Origin: Sphaerodactylus townsendi
Lineage: Eukaryota
DNA length: 64,000 nucleotides
Direction of reading: 5' to 3'
Assembly (NCBI RefSeq): GCF_021028975.2
Contig: NC_059430.1
Span: 56,606,001 to 56,670,000, forward strand
A program made the translations under genes and the position numbers. A model generated the notes under the pieces. The model was not told the DNA's origin and did not search any database. It saw nothing but the letters and a program-made list of their open reading frames with translations. Shown piece by piece: positions 1 to 13,138 of the stretch; the stretch's first letter is position 1, and each line of letters opens with the position of its first letter.

Positions 1-85
1 AAATAAGACAGGGACTTATATTAAATTTTGCTCCAAAATATGCATTAGGGCTTATTTTCCAGGGATGTCTTATTTTTTCCATGAT
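1..85 (+). mobile_element. Fragment of Tc1/mariner-superfamily (Tc2/pogo-like) MITE, same family as 33990-34328
   Basis: aaataagacagggacttatattaaattttgctccaaaatatgcattagggcttatttt closely matches 34002-34060. Confidence 0.6.
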
Positions 86-1802
86 TTTGCGCCCCCCCCC
101 AAACGTGGCCAGATAAGTAGAGGACTATTTCCTCAACCTCACTCCCCCTTCCCCTCATCTATGTCTGGCAGCAGCTCCAGCAATACCTTCTCATACCTCC
201 TGGCGTGACACCTGACCTCCATGTGGAAATGTGAGCAGGATGCCAACATTCAACTACAGGGCTGGGGCACAGCTGTTGCGGGGAACGGTGCCCATAATGA
301 GCCCCAGGCACCATTTAAAGTAGCTCTGAATGCAACCTAAAGTTTGCTAGTTTTGCTGCTATTCTTAGCAGCATTGGCAAGATGTGAATCCAGTTTTATG
401 TTTCCTGTGCAAAAGTTTACGCATCTATCAGCTGAAGGATTATTCCTCCCTTCTGACTTAAATACAGAGAGGGTCCTTGTCTGCCCCAATAGAACTACAA
501 CATCTAGTGGATTACTGCAGAAGCCCTAGTTTCCATGTTTTGTTTTGTTTTCTTAAAAGCTGTTTTAAAATGTGTTTCATATGATCATGTGATGTTGAAC
601 TAAAAGATAATTGAAGAACATGTCTTCTGTAATGTAACATAATATTTAATATAACAGAAAAATAGCATTTGGAATTGCTTTTCGGTATTATACCCATTAA
701 ACTGCTGTAATTTGAGATAGAAAAAAGTCATCTAGCTTCTCATTATGATCCATAACTTTGTAATGTTTTATTAGCTGCAAAAGGCAGGATAACAAAAGTA
801 ATAACCAACTTGAGAAAGCTATTCACATGCTTTATCATGATCTTCTTAATCACATGTATTCTTTGAAATACACGCTAACAGCTAAGTTGCCTGTAACAAT
901 CAAAGTAATAAGAAAAGAGATCTCTCTAATGATTTTTATTATTGCAATGGGTACTTTTAAGTTTTGATGTATTTTTAAATCTACTTACTGGGGGGTGCCA
1001 ATGTATGATATTTTTCACTTCCACATAGATTGTGACAATGTAAACTATTTCCAGACTTCACAGAAGCAGAACATTTAGAAGCAGTTTAGCCAAAATCCAG
1101 CATTCTTATGGTCTTGATTTCAGTGTGAAGAAGCACATGTTTAGCTCACCTGTAACTTTAATTGGAATTAGAGAGTGCTTAACTTTGGCATCAAAGTTTG
1201 ACTTTTTTTTTCTGAAGACATGCAGTCACATTCACCAAGAAATAGTAAGCTTGGAATGTGGATCACATTTTTATAGCATGTCCCTTCCCAAATAGAATAC
1301 CAACAGGATTTGTGAAAAAATATATGTGACAAAGCATTTGTACAAATAGCCTCAAAGAATGACAATGAACAGATTTTACTGTTGCGAATTTTCAGCGTCT
1401 TTTAAAAATCATTAGTGTCCCTTTCTTGCATTCCTTTTTCTTTTTAGTGGCTTTTCTATGACATATAGGACATCCAGGGAAATAGAACTGAAATGTTAGA
1501 ATCTCCATTGCATTTATGAGTGGCTACAGTTAGAAAACCCATATAAGAATTTATTAGGAACTGGAGGATACATATTCAGAAACCACCGAAAAGCCTTGAT
1601 GTCCATGAGATGACAGTTAAAAAGTTGAAAGATCAGAACACAGAGCCAATAAAAGATTGCTTTTGAAGCTTTTGAAGACTAGAAACAAGTGACAGACTTG
1701 AAAAATTAGAGAATGGTGTTGCCATAAAATGTAGGCGGTGTTTGCATGTTTAGTATTTCCCTGTTTTCTCTCGCTTTTCTATCTAAGAGAAAATATATGA
1801 TG

Positions 1803-2195
1803 GGCAGCCCCATCCAAGAGGCTGTATTCTCAGAAGCAAGAGAGGCTTCCTAGTGGCGAAAGGACGCTGATAAGGTGAAAGAACCTCCCTGCCACTGAGA
1901 AGCCCCCATTGCCTATAATAGACTTGCACTACCCTTTTTGGTGCTGTAAGTCTGCGACTCTGTCCACCAGCATAACATAGTCAAAGGCTGGGGGAAGCTA
2001 ACTCAATTCCTCCCCTGGCTATGCCCTGAGCCTACCCCCACTATGCTGGCTGTGGCTGCAAGGCACTGGGATCCTGCAATGCCTGGAGGGGTGCGGTGGC
2101 TGCCCCTCTGCCAGGGTAAGTGCCCCGGGGAGGACAAATCCATCAGTGCAGCTGTGCGCTCTCAGTGGATTCACCTCCCCTTTTTGGATGGAACC
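1803..2195 (-). repeat. Dispersed non-autonomous repeat, same family as 34380-34666 and 39884-40119, opposite orientation
   Basis: Reverse complement aligns by eye with gcatggctgggggaggag...ttagttggcttcctcc...ggcttcctggtgg in the other two copies. Confidence 0.55.
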
Positions 2196-2391
2196 ATAAA
2201 TTTATTTGTGAAGTAAAAGTGATTGAATTTATCACACTTTGGGAGTTCTTTAGCCAGTTTGTAGTAAGGGAAAATCTTTAATATTCACTGGTTTTGATCT
2301 GTGAAGTCTTATTGCACATACTTATATACATAAAGTAAGAACGTAATTTTGGTTTATCATCTGTGAGTTTGTGATCCAAAGACAACTGAAA

Positions 2392-5074
2392 TATTATTAT
2401 TATTTACTAATTTTCGTATACCGTCCAACCCCTGAAGGGCTCTGAGCTGTGTACAATAAGGCCAAAAGGCAACAACAGTATATCACAATACATAAATATA
2501 AATAATACATTAATAGTATTTAAAACAGCAGCAGTATCCCACATATTTTATTGGAGGCATCTGATCCCATGCTCAGGAGGAAACCGACAGAATGACGAAG
2601 ATGGTACAATGGATGGTATATGGGGCATCAAGTGGAGGCAGGCAATCCGTAGCCAGCCTTCCCAAAGGCCTGGTGGAACAACCCATTTTTTTCAGGCCCT
2701 GTGGAACTCACCAAGGTCCCGCAGGGCCCAAACAGTTGTAGGAAGAGTGTTCTACCAGGCAGGGGCCAGGGCCGTAAAAGCCACATAATTGAGGGGTGAG
2801 GGACTACCAGTAAATTCACCTCTGCAGAACACAGAGGCCTAGTTGGGACATATGGGGTCAGGCGGTCTTGAAGGTATGAGGGCCCCAGACCGCGAAGGGC
2901 CTTAAAAGTCAATACCAACACCTTGAAGATGATCCAGAATTCCACCAGGAGCCAGTGCAGGCAGCACAACACGGGGGAGATGTGATCTCTTATAACCCAC
3001 CCGCCAGAAGACAAGCCACCGTATGCTGGACCAGCTTCAGTTTCCGAATCAGCCACAAGGGAAGGCCCGCGTAGAACAAGTTACAATAGTCTAACCTAGA
3101 GGTGACTGTTGCATGGATCACTATGACCAGGTCAGCTTGGGAGAGGTAGGGAGCCAGTCGCCAGGCCTGGCGAATGTGGAAAAAAATAACTCAGGTAACA
3201 TGGGCCTCCTGGGTCTCCATGGAAAGAGATGAATCCAGGTGGACCCCAGGTTGCGGGCCAAAGAGGTCAGTACCAAAGAGATCCCTTCCATCACCAGCAG
3301 CTGCAAATCACCAATCCCCTCCCTACGGCCCAGGCAAAGGATCTCCGTCTTCGATAAGTTTTAACCTGCTCTTCTTCAACCAATCAGCGTCTGCCTTCAA
3401 ACAATGCTGTAGAGCCACAGGAGCAGTGGCCGCTCCCCTCCATCAACAGAATGAACTGAGTGTCATCAGCATATTGATGACAGATCAGCCCAAAACTCCA
3501 CACCAGCTGAGCAAGGGGCCGCATGTAGATGTTGAACAACAGCGGGGATAACAAATCCCCCTGAGGCACGACGCAATGAAGCGGGCACCTCTGGGGGGCC
3601 TGGTCCCCACGCCAGGCTTGCTGACTCCGGTCCCGGAGAAATGAGGCAATCCACTGGAGGACAGTGCCCCACACTTTGGAGACGGCCAGGCATTGGGTCA
3701 AAAGGTTGTGATCGACCACATCAAATGATGCTGTAAAGCCCCAAAATACCAGCAGTGCCAATCCACCTCGGTCAAGCTGGATGTGTAGCGTATCTGTGAC
3801 GGGCATGTTCTCCATCCCATGCCCAGTACAGAAGCCAGACTGAAAGGGACCGAGTGCCACGAAGTGTCCTCCACGAAGTGTCCTCCACGAAGCTCTGAAG
3901 CTGCTCCAACACCACTCTCAATTACCTTCCCCAGAAACAAAAGATTTGAAACAGGACAGTAATTGGCCAGATCACTGGGATCTGAAGATGGTCTTTTTAT
4001 GAGTGGGTGGACCACTGCCTCCTTCAGCCCAACTGAAAACACTCTTTGCCTAAGGAAGCAGTTGATAAAATTCAACAGGTGGGGTTGCAACTCCTCCTGG
4101 CATGCTCTAATTAGCCAGGAGGGGTACGGATCCAGAGGATCCTGAACCTCCTGGCACCCTTGATGAGCTGTTAGTAGGTCTAACAGCAGCCAGGGCCTCG
4201 TTGACATCAGCCGCAGCGTGCAGGGAAAACTGGTCCAAGTAAGGACCCGAAGACGGCAGCGGAACTTCCAGTTTGCTAATTGTAGCAACAGAGGCAGGAA
4301 GATCCTGGCAGAGTGACGTGACTTTATCTGCAAAAAAGCTCATAAATGCCTCACAGCCGAAAGCCATTTGAGTATTTGTTGAGCCCTCGGTCAACGAGGT
4401 AAGCGATCAAATAATACGAAACTATTGTGCTGCGTGAGAGCTAGTGGAGACAAGAGAGGATGAGAAGTACTCTCTCTTTGTCCTCTTTGTTTCCATCTCA
4501 TAGGCTTTCATAAACAGCCTATAAGATGTTTGCACAGTTTTGTCATGAGGCTTCCTCCACACTTGCTCTACACATCTGAGCTCCCGTTTCATACGACGCA
4601 GCTCCTCGGTATACCATGGGGCCAGCCGAGAGTGGGGCGCAGAGGACGTCAGGAAGTAATCACCTTGATGGCATCAGAGAGCCTGGAATTCCAGTTCTCC
4701 ACTTGCTCATCAAGGGTGCCAGGAGGTTTAGGATCCCGCAGAGCATTCAGGAATCCAACAGGATCCATAAGTCTCCGCGGTTGGACATAAATCATCCTGT
4801 CACCTAGGCAGGGTTGGCGCAGCAAGTTCACCCAAACCTTCAAGTTCACCCGAAGCTGGGCGTCCATACTGAGCCGAGTGCATGAAACAAGTCGAGGACA
4901 GGTAGGTGCAGATGCTGCATACTAATGACTCTGCAGAACTCCGCAGGATTCAATTCTCAGTTCAAGCCCAAAAAGCGGGTGGTAAAAATCAGTCTTACTT
5001 AGGTCCCAAAGTTAGTTTAAAAATCTAATGTGGCAGAGCTCTGGTGCTGAGCCTCCGCTTCAGGCGCCATCTTG
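2392..5074 (-). mobile_element. L2-clade LINE with degenerate ORF2 (RT + C-terminus), 3' tail and a possible 5' terminus joined across an internal deletion
   Basis: Minus ORFs carry PVSNLLFLGKVIE, FQSGF, VPQG..LSPLLFNIYMRPL, HQYADDTQ and LHWLLVEF..FKVLVLTFKALRGLGPSYLQDRL. AT-rich tail at ~2392-2410. Ends at CAAGATGGCGCC (5063-5074, minus strand). Confidence 0.9.
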
Positions 5075-5805
5075 AAAAAAAAATCTGAAAGTGTTCTGTT
5101 TGAATGGATTTCCAAATATGCCTAGCTAGTGGAACTGTGTTCATCCCCATGTCTCAAATCATGAACTCCAACATGAACTCCCATTTAAGTATGTTGTACC
5201 TGTGATTCCAAATAGGGTGGAATGAAACCTTCCAATCTGGAAATGGCATGAAGTATGCAAGCTACTTAGATGTCTTTAGTGGAATATAGCACAGCAGGTT
5301 TAGAAATTTTGTTTCTCATTTATGGGTTTAAACAAGTAGTGATTGTCAGAGTGCCAAATGTCTTTATTTTGTAAAATCCAGATACATCACTGTGTAATTA
5401 TATTAATTGAACTATTTGTCTCAGATAGTCAGATATATTCAATACTTGATATAATGATTTAATTTTTAATTATATTTCTATTACAGTGACAGAGACACTT
5501 TCCAGAAGACAGTTTACAGAGTGATTTTTTACAATCTCTTTTACAAATGGGCAAATGAAAAATAGACTACATTAAACATAAAGAAGAAGCTAATGAGCTA
5601 AATGTTTGATAGGTGAATTCACAATGACAACTAAGCATAATTAATGGCAAAAGATTATTACTTCCTGGAAACTAATGAAGTAGAAATAGAGCAGACTGGT
5701 GAAAAAAATCACTTAAAACAGTAGTAACTATGGCACTGAAGCTTAATCAGCTATTTAACTTCTCTTCTGTAGCTAACCTTTCATAAAACTTTAAAATATA
5801 TGCTA

Positions 5806-5883
5806 GCCACAGATGCAGGCGAAACGTTAGGAACAAGATCCACCAGACCACGGCCACACAGCCCGAAAAACCCACCACAACCA
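5806..5883. repeat. Short Penelope-type repeat fragment
   Basis: gccacagatgcaggcgaaacg is the reverse complement of cgtttcgcctgcatctgtggc at ~52269-52289; family name from recall. Confidence 0.55.
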
Positions 5884-6164
5884 ATTTAAAATATATGGTT
5901 GAATTATTCCTTATAAATAAGAAAAGATCAAAGGAATATCAATGACAGATAAATTATATATCATAGCATTTGAAGTACCTTCTTTTTGAGCCCAATAAAG
6001 AGTGTGGAATGACATGAGGCAATATGCCATAGGGCTTCTTTGGCAAGATTACTACAAGTTTGTAAGTGCCATCTGAAGAATTCAGAGGATTTGATTCTAG
6101 CCCTCATTTGATTTTAGCCTTCATATGAAAAGTGCAAGTTCCAAAGTATATATGATGGATAGAT

Positions 6165-6225
6165 AGATACTTCAGTGTGTGTGCATGTATGTATGTATAT
6201 GTGTGTATATACACATACATACATT
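6165..6225. repeat. Mixed TG/TA/CA microsatellite
   Basis: gtgtgtgtgcatgtatgtatgtatatgtgtgtatatacacatacatac. Confidence 0.8.
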
Positions 6226-6251
6226 CATAAAAATCTCTAAAGGGGTGTGTA

Positions 6252-6950
6252 CAGTGGTGGGATTCTAATTATTTAACTATAATTATTTAATTATTTAACT
6301 AATTATTTAACTACTGGTTCACCCTGCCTCCCCCGCCACCCACTTACCTGGCTGCTGCACCCCCCTTTTCGATGTTGGGTGGGGGGAGGTGAGGGAAGGG
6401 AGTGGCTGCGGCTTGGCCCACATTCCCACCACTGAACAGGCCAGACTTCTTTCACTGGCTGGCCGCGGTGAGGAGCGCCCAACGGGCCCATAGCAGGCTG
6501 CTGCCGGCTCCACCTCCAGCAGAGCAGGCGTGGCCTCCAATGGCGTGCAGTAGCCTGCCCCAGGCCTGCCGAGCACCCCTCGAGTTGAGAAGCACCCAGC
6601 GGGCCCATGGCACGCTGCTGCTGGGCTGGCCACTCGTACCTCCATCAGAGCCCGAGCAGGCGCAGCCTCCAATAGAGGCGCAGAGGCTGGCAGAAGCTGG
6701 TGTGGAGCCAGCAAGCTGCCACCCCCACCTCCATCAGGCAGGGGATGAACGCGGGGGTGGGGGTTTTTCTACGGCATTGGCCGGGATGCCTGGGTGGCAT
6801 GCAAGGGAAGGGAAGGGAAGGGATGGAAGGGAGGAGGAAGGGGCCCAGCATCTGAACATGGCCCACCCACCCTAGCGGAGGGAGAGGGAGAGGGAGGGAG
6901 GAATGGAAGGGGAGGGAAGGGAGGGGTGGCATGAAAGGGAAGGGAGAAAT
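6252..6950. repeat. GC-rich non-autonomous repeat region (hAT-MITE-like start) with purine-rich tail
   Basis: Starts CAGTGGTGGGATTC, then aattatttaact tandem units, a GC-rich body with internal gggcccat(a/g)gca repeats and GGAAG/GGAG runs; ORFs have no recognisable homology. Confidence 0.4.
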
Positions 6951-7271
6951 ATTGGCCGAAATATTGTCTATAGTATAAATTCTGTTAGAATTCCTGACCT
7001 TGTTTGAATTGGCCCATCAACAAAAGAGGTGAATTTTACTGGCAAAGCCATTGTTCCTAGTCCATCATTAGAAGAAAATAGTAAATGCATGGCTCAAAGT
7101 ATATTTCTGAAGCAGTGCCATAAGATCCTCTGTAAAGGAATTAAAATGCCTGCAGTTACTGTTTTTACGGGAAGTTGCTTTGGACACATGAAAACAGCAA
7201 AACAGAGTTGTTCTTCCTATACCTACATTTCTGATAAAACACTAAAATTAGGAAATAGTCTGTGGGACCAG

Positions 7272-8900
7272 GCAGTGGGGTGTATGCAGAAAATGAAGCC
7301 CGGGGCAATAATTGAGTTTTCTGCCCCCCCATATGCGGCTGACCTCCAGTACCTTCTCACATTCCCTTGGGGAGCAAGGTTGAGTGGGCAGCCTCATGGG
7401 AGGCGGGGGGGAGTGGTGGGGAGCTTGAATTTCACCTCCCTCAGTGGTTTGCCCTGGGTTCAAAGCCTCAACACGAAGAGCCTCCTCCATGCCAAGTGCT
7501 GCACAGTGTCATATCTGCCCGTCCCTTGTCCCCGGGCGCTGCTAATCTGGTCATGTGGGGGAAGCAAAATAGGCCCCCCACGTGACTAGGTCTGGCGCAA
7601 AGACGAAGCAGCAGGAAGTCCTGCTTTGTCGTCTTTCCTCCCCTGGCCCCACCCATGTCGTCATTGACGTAGGAGGGGCAAGGATGCCCGAGGATGCCAC
7701 CCCTCCCCCAGCCTCTCGGGAGTCCGGGAGCCTGGCTTTTGCCTTCCCCTCTGGGGAGAGCAGAAGAGACTGCCGTTCTCCGTTCTCTGAGAGGTGCTTT
7801 TATAAGCACTGAGCCTGGGGGCATGGCTTGGGGATGTGACCATGCCCCTGGTGGGGGTGTGGCCATGCCCCCCGAGCCCTGCCCTCAGCCTCAGTGTTTA
7901 TCAAAGCTTCTCTTGGAAGTCGGAAGACTGCAGTTTCTTCTGCTCTCTCCAGAGGGAGAGAGCAGAGGGGAGAGCAGAAGTCAGGCTACTGGCTGCCAGG
8001 CTCCAGGAGCCTGGGGGAGGGGTGCACCCCCAGGCGCAGTGGGGCGCCATTTTCCCCAATATGCCTCTGGTGTTGCGTGTTTTGCCTGATCTCTGTTGCA
8101 CCTGACCTCCTTCCAAACCATGAAGATAGGATGCAAAGAAGCCCCTCCAAAAGGGGAGCTGCTCCTGGGGCGGCTGTAGAAGGAGGAAGCCCCCAACTTA
8201 GAGGCCGGGCTGGCCTGGAGTAGCAAACCAGCATTCCTAACCATGATGGGGGGGGGGCATGTGCTGGTTGGACTCACCTGAGCTCATGACCAGCTCTGCT
8301 TGCGAGGAACTTCCTGGAGTCCTGGAGCTCGCCTTGCAATGGATGGCGACAGTGACTGCAGCTGACCCAGGGTCTGGAGGCTCTTTCCACCGAGAGAGGG
8401 GAGGTCACCAGGCTCACAGTTCTGTTGTGCCTTGACTGCTATGTGCCCCGCCTCACTCCCTGGCTGGGCCCCCGATGGCGAGGAAGGGAGAGACAGCTGC
8501 ATGGCATGCCAGCACTGGCCTGGGAGTCCGTCTGCCTCTGAACAGCTGTGCGCCTGGCACTCAAATTGCTGGCCTGGTCCCTTCATACCCAGTTGGCTCC
8601 ACCTGGAGGTGTGCATGGCCCGTGGCCAACCATTCCAGCGTAGGCGCTCTTGGGCCAGAGCATGAAGATAGGGTGCCTGTTGCTGCCTCCCTGGTCCCTG
8701 TTGCTGCCTCCCTGGTAGAGGAGAGGTGAAGCTACTGGCTCAAGGGCAGGCGATAGAGGCAGGCATCTGGCAGCTGTGCCCCTTGCCCACCTCCTTCCTG
8801 CCAGTGCTTCTGGGCCTCCTGTCCTGTCCTCCCTGGTCTCGCTGGTTCACATGGAGTGGAAGGAAGATGGTCGTTGCCCAGGGACATTTGCCCCCACATG
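7272..8900. repeat. GC-rich cluster of degenerate non-autonomous DNA-transposon-like repeats
   Basis: GC-rich island in AT-rich background with internal duplications (gggagagcagaag, ctgttgctgcctccctgg) and many overlapping low-information ORFs. Confidence 0.35.
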
Positions 8901-9489
8901 CCTTAAGTGTTGTAACTTCTGATCCTGTGTTCAGTTATTTGGATGCAAATCCCACTATATTTAGAGGAGACATGTAAGGAACCTGCAAGGACTCATGGAG
9001 GGGAGGATCTAATTTCCCCATTCCTTTTATCCTGGTTGCTTTTCTTCTTTCCTCCCTTGGCAGTGCCTGCAGCCTCTTCCATTTCCTTCTCTCCCCCTGC
9101 CCCCTCTGACCCATCTTTTCCTGTTTCTGCCTCCTACCAGCAATCTCCTTCCTTACTAACCCCTCAGTCACTCTTCCTCCTATCTTTTAAGTTTTAAAGT
9201 CTCCCCCCTTTCTATTTTGATTCTAATTTAAGCTTTGGATCCCTGGCAAAGTTGGTTGGAGGTTGCTTAGCAACTGCCAAAATGACCATGAAGTTTCACA
9301 AAGTAGTCTTATGAGATCTCAGCAGCATATTTTTCTTAAAGAAACAGACACTACCTCCATTCTTAGGGGATTTTATTTACACTGTATTTTTAATGTATGT
9401 GAAACTTTTAAAGGTTTTTCTGGAAACCTTGGATTTATTACAGGCTTGTAGAAAAATATCCCCTATTGGTATATGGCACCATTACGTGA

Positions 9490-11810
9490 TAAGAACATAA
9501 GAACATAAGAACAAGCCAGCTGGATCAGACCAGAGTCCATCTAGTCCAGCTCTCTGCTACTCGCAGTGGCCCACCAGGTGCCTTTGGGAGCTCACGTGCA
9601 GGATGTGAAAGCAATGGCCTTCTGCGGCTGTTGCTCCCGAGCACCTGGACTGTTAAGGCATTTGCAATCTCAGATCAACGAGGATCAAGATTGGTAGCCA
9701 TAAATCGACTTCTCCTCCATAAATCTGTCCAAGCCCCTTTTAAAGCTATCCAGGTGAGTGGCCATCACCACCTCCTGTGGCAGCATATTCCAAACACCAA
9801 TCACACGTTGCGTGAAGAAGTGTTTCCTTTTATTAGTTCTAATTCTTCCCCCCAGCATTTTCAATGAATGCCCCCTGGTTCTAGTATTGTGAGAAAGAGA
9901 GAAAAATTTCTCTCTGTCAACATTTTCTACCCCATGCATAATTTTATAGACTTCAATCATATCCCCCCTCAGACGTCTCCTCTCCAAACTAAAGAGTCCC
10001 AAACGCTGCAGCCTTTCCTCATAAGGAAGGTGCTCCAGTCCCTCAATCATCCTTGTTGCCCTTCTCTGCACTTTTTCTATCTCTTCGATATCCTTTTTGA
10101 GATGTGGCGACCAGACCTTTTTGAGATGTGGCGACACAGTACTCCAAGTGCGGTCGCACCACGGCTTTATATAAGGGCATGACAATCTTTGCAGTTTTAT
10201 TATCAATTCCTTTCCTAATTATCCCCAGCATTTGCCTTTTTCACAGCTGCTATACATTGAGTTGACATTCCCATGGAACTATCAACTAAGACGCCCAAAT
10301 CCCTTTCCTGGTCTGTGACTGATAGCACTGACCCCTGTAGCGTGTATGTGAAGTTTGGATTTTTTGCCCCTATGTGCATCACTTTGCATTTTGCTACATT
10401 GAACTGCATTTGCCATTTCTTAGCCCACTCACCTAATTTATCAAGGTCCGCTTGGAGCTCCTCACAATCCTTTGTGGTTCTCACCACCCTACATAATTTG
10501 GTATCATCTGCAAACTTGGCCACCACGCTACCCACCCCTACTTCCAGGTCATTTATGAATAGGTTAAAGAGCACTGGTCCCAATACGGATCCTTGGGGGA
10601 CACCACTCCCCACATCTCTCCATTGTGAGAATTTCCCATTTACACCCACTCTTTGCTTCCTGTTTCTCAACCAGTTTTTAATCCATAGGAGGACTTCCCC
10701 CTCTTATTCCTTCATTGCTGAGTTTTCTCAATAGTCTCTGGTGAGGAACTTTGTCAAAAGCCTTTTGGAAATCCAAGTAGACAATGTCCACTGGTTCCCC
10801 CTAATCCACATGCCTGTTTACATCCTCAAAGAACTCTAGTAAGTTTGTAAGACAGGATTTGCCTCTGCAAAAGCCATGCTGACTTTTTCTCAGCAGGTCT
10901 TGCTTTTGTACATGTTTTATAATTTTATCTTTAATGACAGATTCTACTAATTTACCAGGAACAGATGTCAAACTGACTGGCCTGTAATTTCCCGGGTCCC
11001 CCCTAGTTCCTTTCTTAAAGATTGGTGTGACATTGGCCATCTTCCAGTCTTCAGGGATGGAGCCTGATTTCAAGGATAAGTTGCATATTAAGTGAGAACA
11101 TCAGCAATTTCATGCTTGAGCTCTTTAAGAACTCTTGGGTGAATGCAATCTGGGCCAGGGGATTTGGTAGCATTTAATTGTTATCAATGGCTGCCAGAAC
11201 TTGCTTCCTTGTCTACCACTATCTTCGTTAGTTCCCTCCCGGATTCGCCTCCTAAGAAGCTTGGTTCAGGTGCAGGAATTTTCCTCACCTCCTCTTGGGT
11301 GAAGACAGATGCAAAGAATTCATTCAGCTTTTCTGCAATCACCCTGTCATCTTTTAGCACACCCTTTGTTCCTTTGTCATCTAACGGGCCTACCGCTTCC
11401 CTTTGGCTGGCTTCCCTCAGCTTTTCTTGATGTACTTGAAGAACTGTTTGTTGCTGGTTTTGATGTTCACAGCCATGCGTTCCTCATAATCCTTTTTTGC
11501 CTCCCTTACAGCTAACTTGCTTCTCTTTTGCCACCATTTGTGTTCTCTCTGGTATTCTTTATCAGTTAAGTTGGACTTCCATTTTCTAAAGAAGACATCT
11601 TTTTTCCTAATAATTTCCTCAACGTCCCTTGTTAACCATGGTGGCTTTCTTTTGGACTGGGTGCTGCCTTTTCTAACCTGTGGAACACATTTCAGCTGAG
11701 CTTTTAAGACTGTGTTTTTAAATAACCTCCAAGCATCTTGGACATTTTTGACTCTCTTAATTTTCCCTTTCAGCTTCCTGCGCACTATCCCCCTCATCTT
11801 TGAGAAATTT
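9490..11810 (-). mobile_element. CR1 (CR1/L3) LINE, 5'-truncated, young-looking, ORF2 broken by a few frameshifts
   Basis: Minus ORFs: PEDWKMANVTPIFKKG, NYRPVSLTSVPGKLVE, QHGF..GKSCLTNL, SGVPQGSVLGPVLFNLFINDL, KFADDTKL, EKVQRRATRMI, LERRRLRGDMIEVYKIM. 3' (TTCTTATG)n tail seen as taagaacataagaacataagaac at 9490-9512. Confidence 0.97.
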
Positions 11811-12048
11811 TTGAGTGATTTCTTTTTTGATCTACACTTTCAGGCAATTTTTCAGAATTAAGCACAATGATTATTGCTAAGTTAGTATCCATAGGACAGT
11901 AAGTGAAAATAATTGCAAATAAACTTCAGGTCTTTTTTCTGAGATTAGGCTTCTGAAAAGGAAAAAAAATCACTCTTAACATACCAGATATTTTCATCGT
12001 TAACCAAAAGCTCTCCTTAAGCTCTCCTTAATTCAATGGGGGGGTGGG

Positions 12049-12687
12049 CAGTACCATTTGCACTGGCTCCCGGTGGAATTCCGGATCGTCTTCAAAGTGT
12101 TAGTGTTGACCTTTAAGGCCCTCAGCGGCTTGGGGCCTTCATACCTGCGAGACTGTCTTACCCCATATGTCCCGAATAGGCCTCTGTGCTCAGCGGAGGC
12201 CAATCTGCTGGTAGTCCCCCGCCCCTCATCGATGCGGCTGGCCTCTACCCGGGCCAGGGCTTTTACAGCCCTAGTCCCATCCTGGTGGAATGCTCTACCA
12301 TCTGCTGTCCGGGCCCTGTGGGACCTTGGTGAGTTCCACAGGGCCTGCAAGACCGAGTTATTCCACTGGGCCTTTGGGAATGCCAGCCGCAGTTTGCCTG
12401 CCCCCCTCTGAAGCCCCTGTAATAGCTTGCCATCCCCAGCATTGCCTGGTTACTGATTTCATCTATTTTTGGGCAATGCTGACCCTCCTGGCCTTTGGTC
12501 TGAGCGCCATCTGTATTTGTATTTGGATTGATATATGAACTGCTGCTATAATGTATTTTAGTGTTTTTATTGGTATACTATTTTATGATATTTTACATTG
12601 TAAATGCTTTTTACGTTTATTGTACACCACCCAGAGCCCTCCGGGGGTTGGGCGGTCTATTAAGTCTAACAAATAAATAAAATAAAT
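12049..12687 (+). mobile_element. L2 LINE 3' fragment
   Basis: ORF LHWLPVEFRIVFKVLVLTFKALSGLGPSYLRDCLTPY, 3' UTR ending ccagagccctccgggggttgggcggtctat...aataaataaaataaat. Confidence 0.92.
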
Positions 12688-12840
12688 GTTGTTTGAGTCA
12701 TATCCGTAAGCAAACATTTTTTTTAGATGGAGATACCTTGTGTACATCTTGGTTTTAAAAGATTCTATAGAAAATTGTTTCTAATATAAAATATTATGAA
12801 GTAAAATATTTCTCTTAACTGTTATAATGGTCATGTAAAG

Positions 12841-13138
12841 GAGCAGCAGTGGCGTAGGAGGTTAAGAGCTCGTGTATCTAATCTGGAGGAACCGGGTTTG
12901 ATTCTCTGCTCTGCCGCCTGAGCTGTGGAGGCTTATCTGGGGAATTCAGATTAGCCTGTACACTCCCACACACGCCAGCTGGGTGACCTTGGGCTAGTCA
13001 CAGCTTCTCGAAGTGCTCTCAGCCCCAACTACCTCACAGGGTGTTTGTTGTGAGGGGGGAAGGGCAAGGAGATTGTAAGCCCCTTTGAGTCTCCTACAGG
13101 AGAGAAAGGGGGGATATAAATCCAAACTCTTCTTCTTC
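12841..13138 (+). mobile_element. tRNA-derived CORE-type SINE (Squam3-like), full length
   Basis: A-box-like tggcgtaggagg, B-box-like ggtttgattc, CORE motif gctgggtgaccttgggctagtcac, (TCT)n tail. Confidence 0.85.

Noticed and set aside
6303-8977. Dense overlapping ORFs (up to 186 aa) in the GC-rich region
   Set aside because: GC-driven scarcity of stops on both strands, low-complexity P/G/A/R peptides, no motifs; best explained by non-coding repeats.
10273-10734. 153-aa plus-strand ORF and similar ORFs at 3174-3551, 9868-10182, 36943-37290
   Set aside because: Antisense shadow frames of CR1/L2 ORF2.
12841-12915. tRNA gene
   Set aside because: Degenerate A/B boxes continue into a CORE domain and simple-repeat tail; this is a SINE head, with no cloverleaf.
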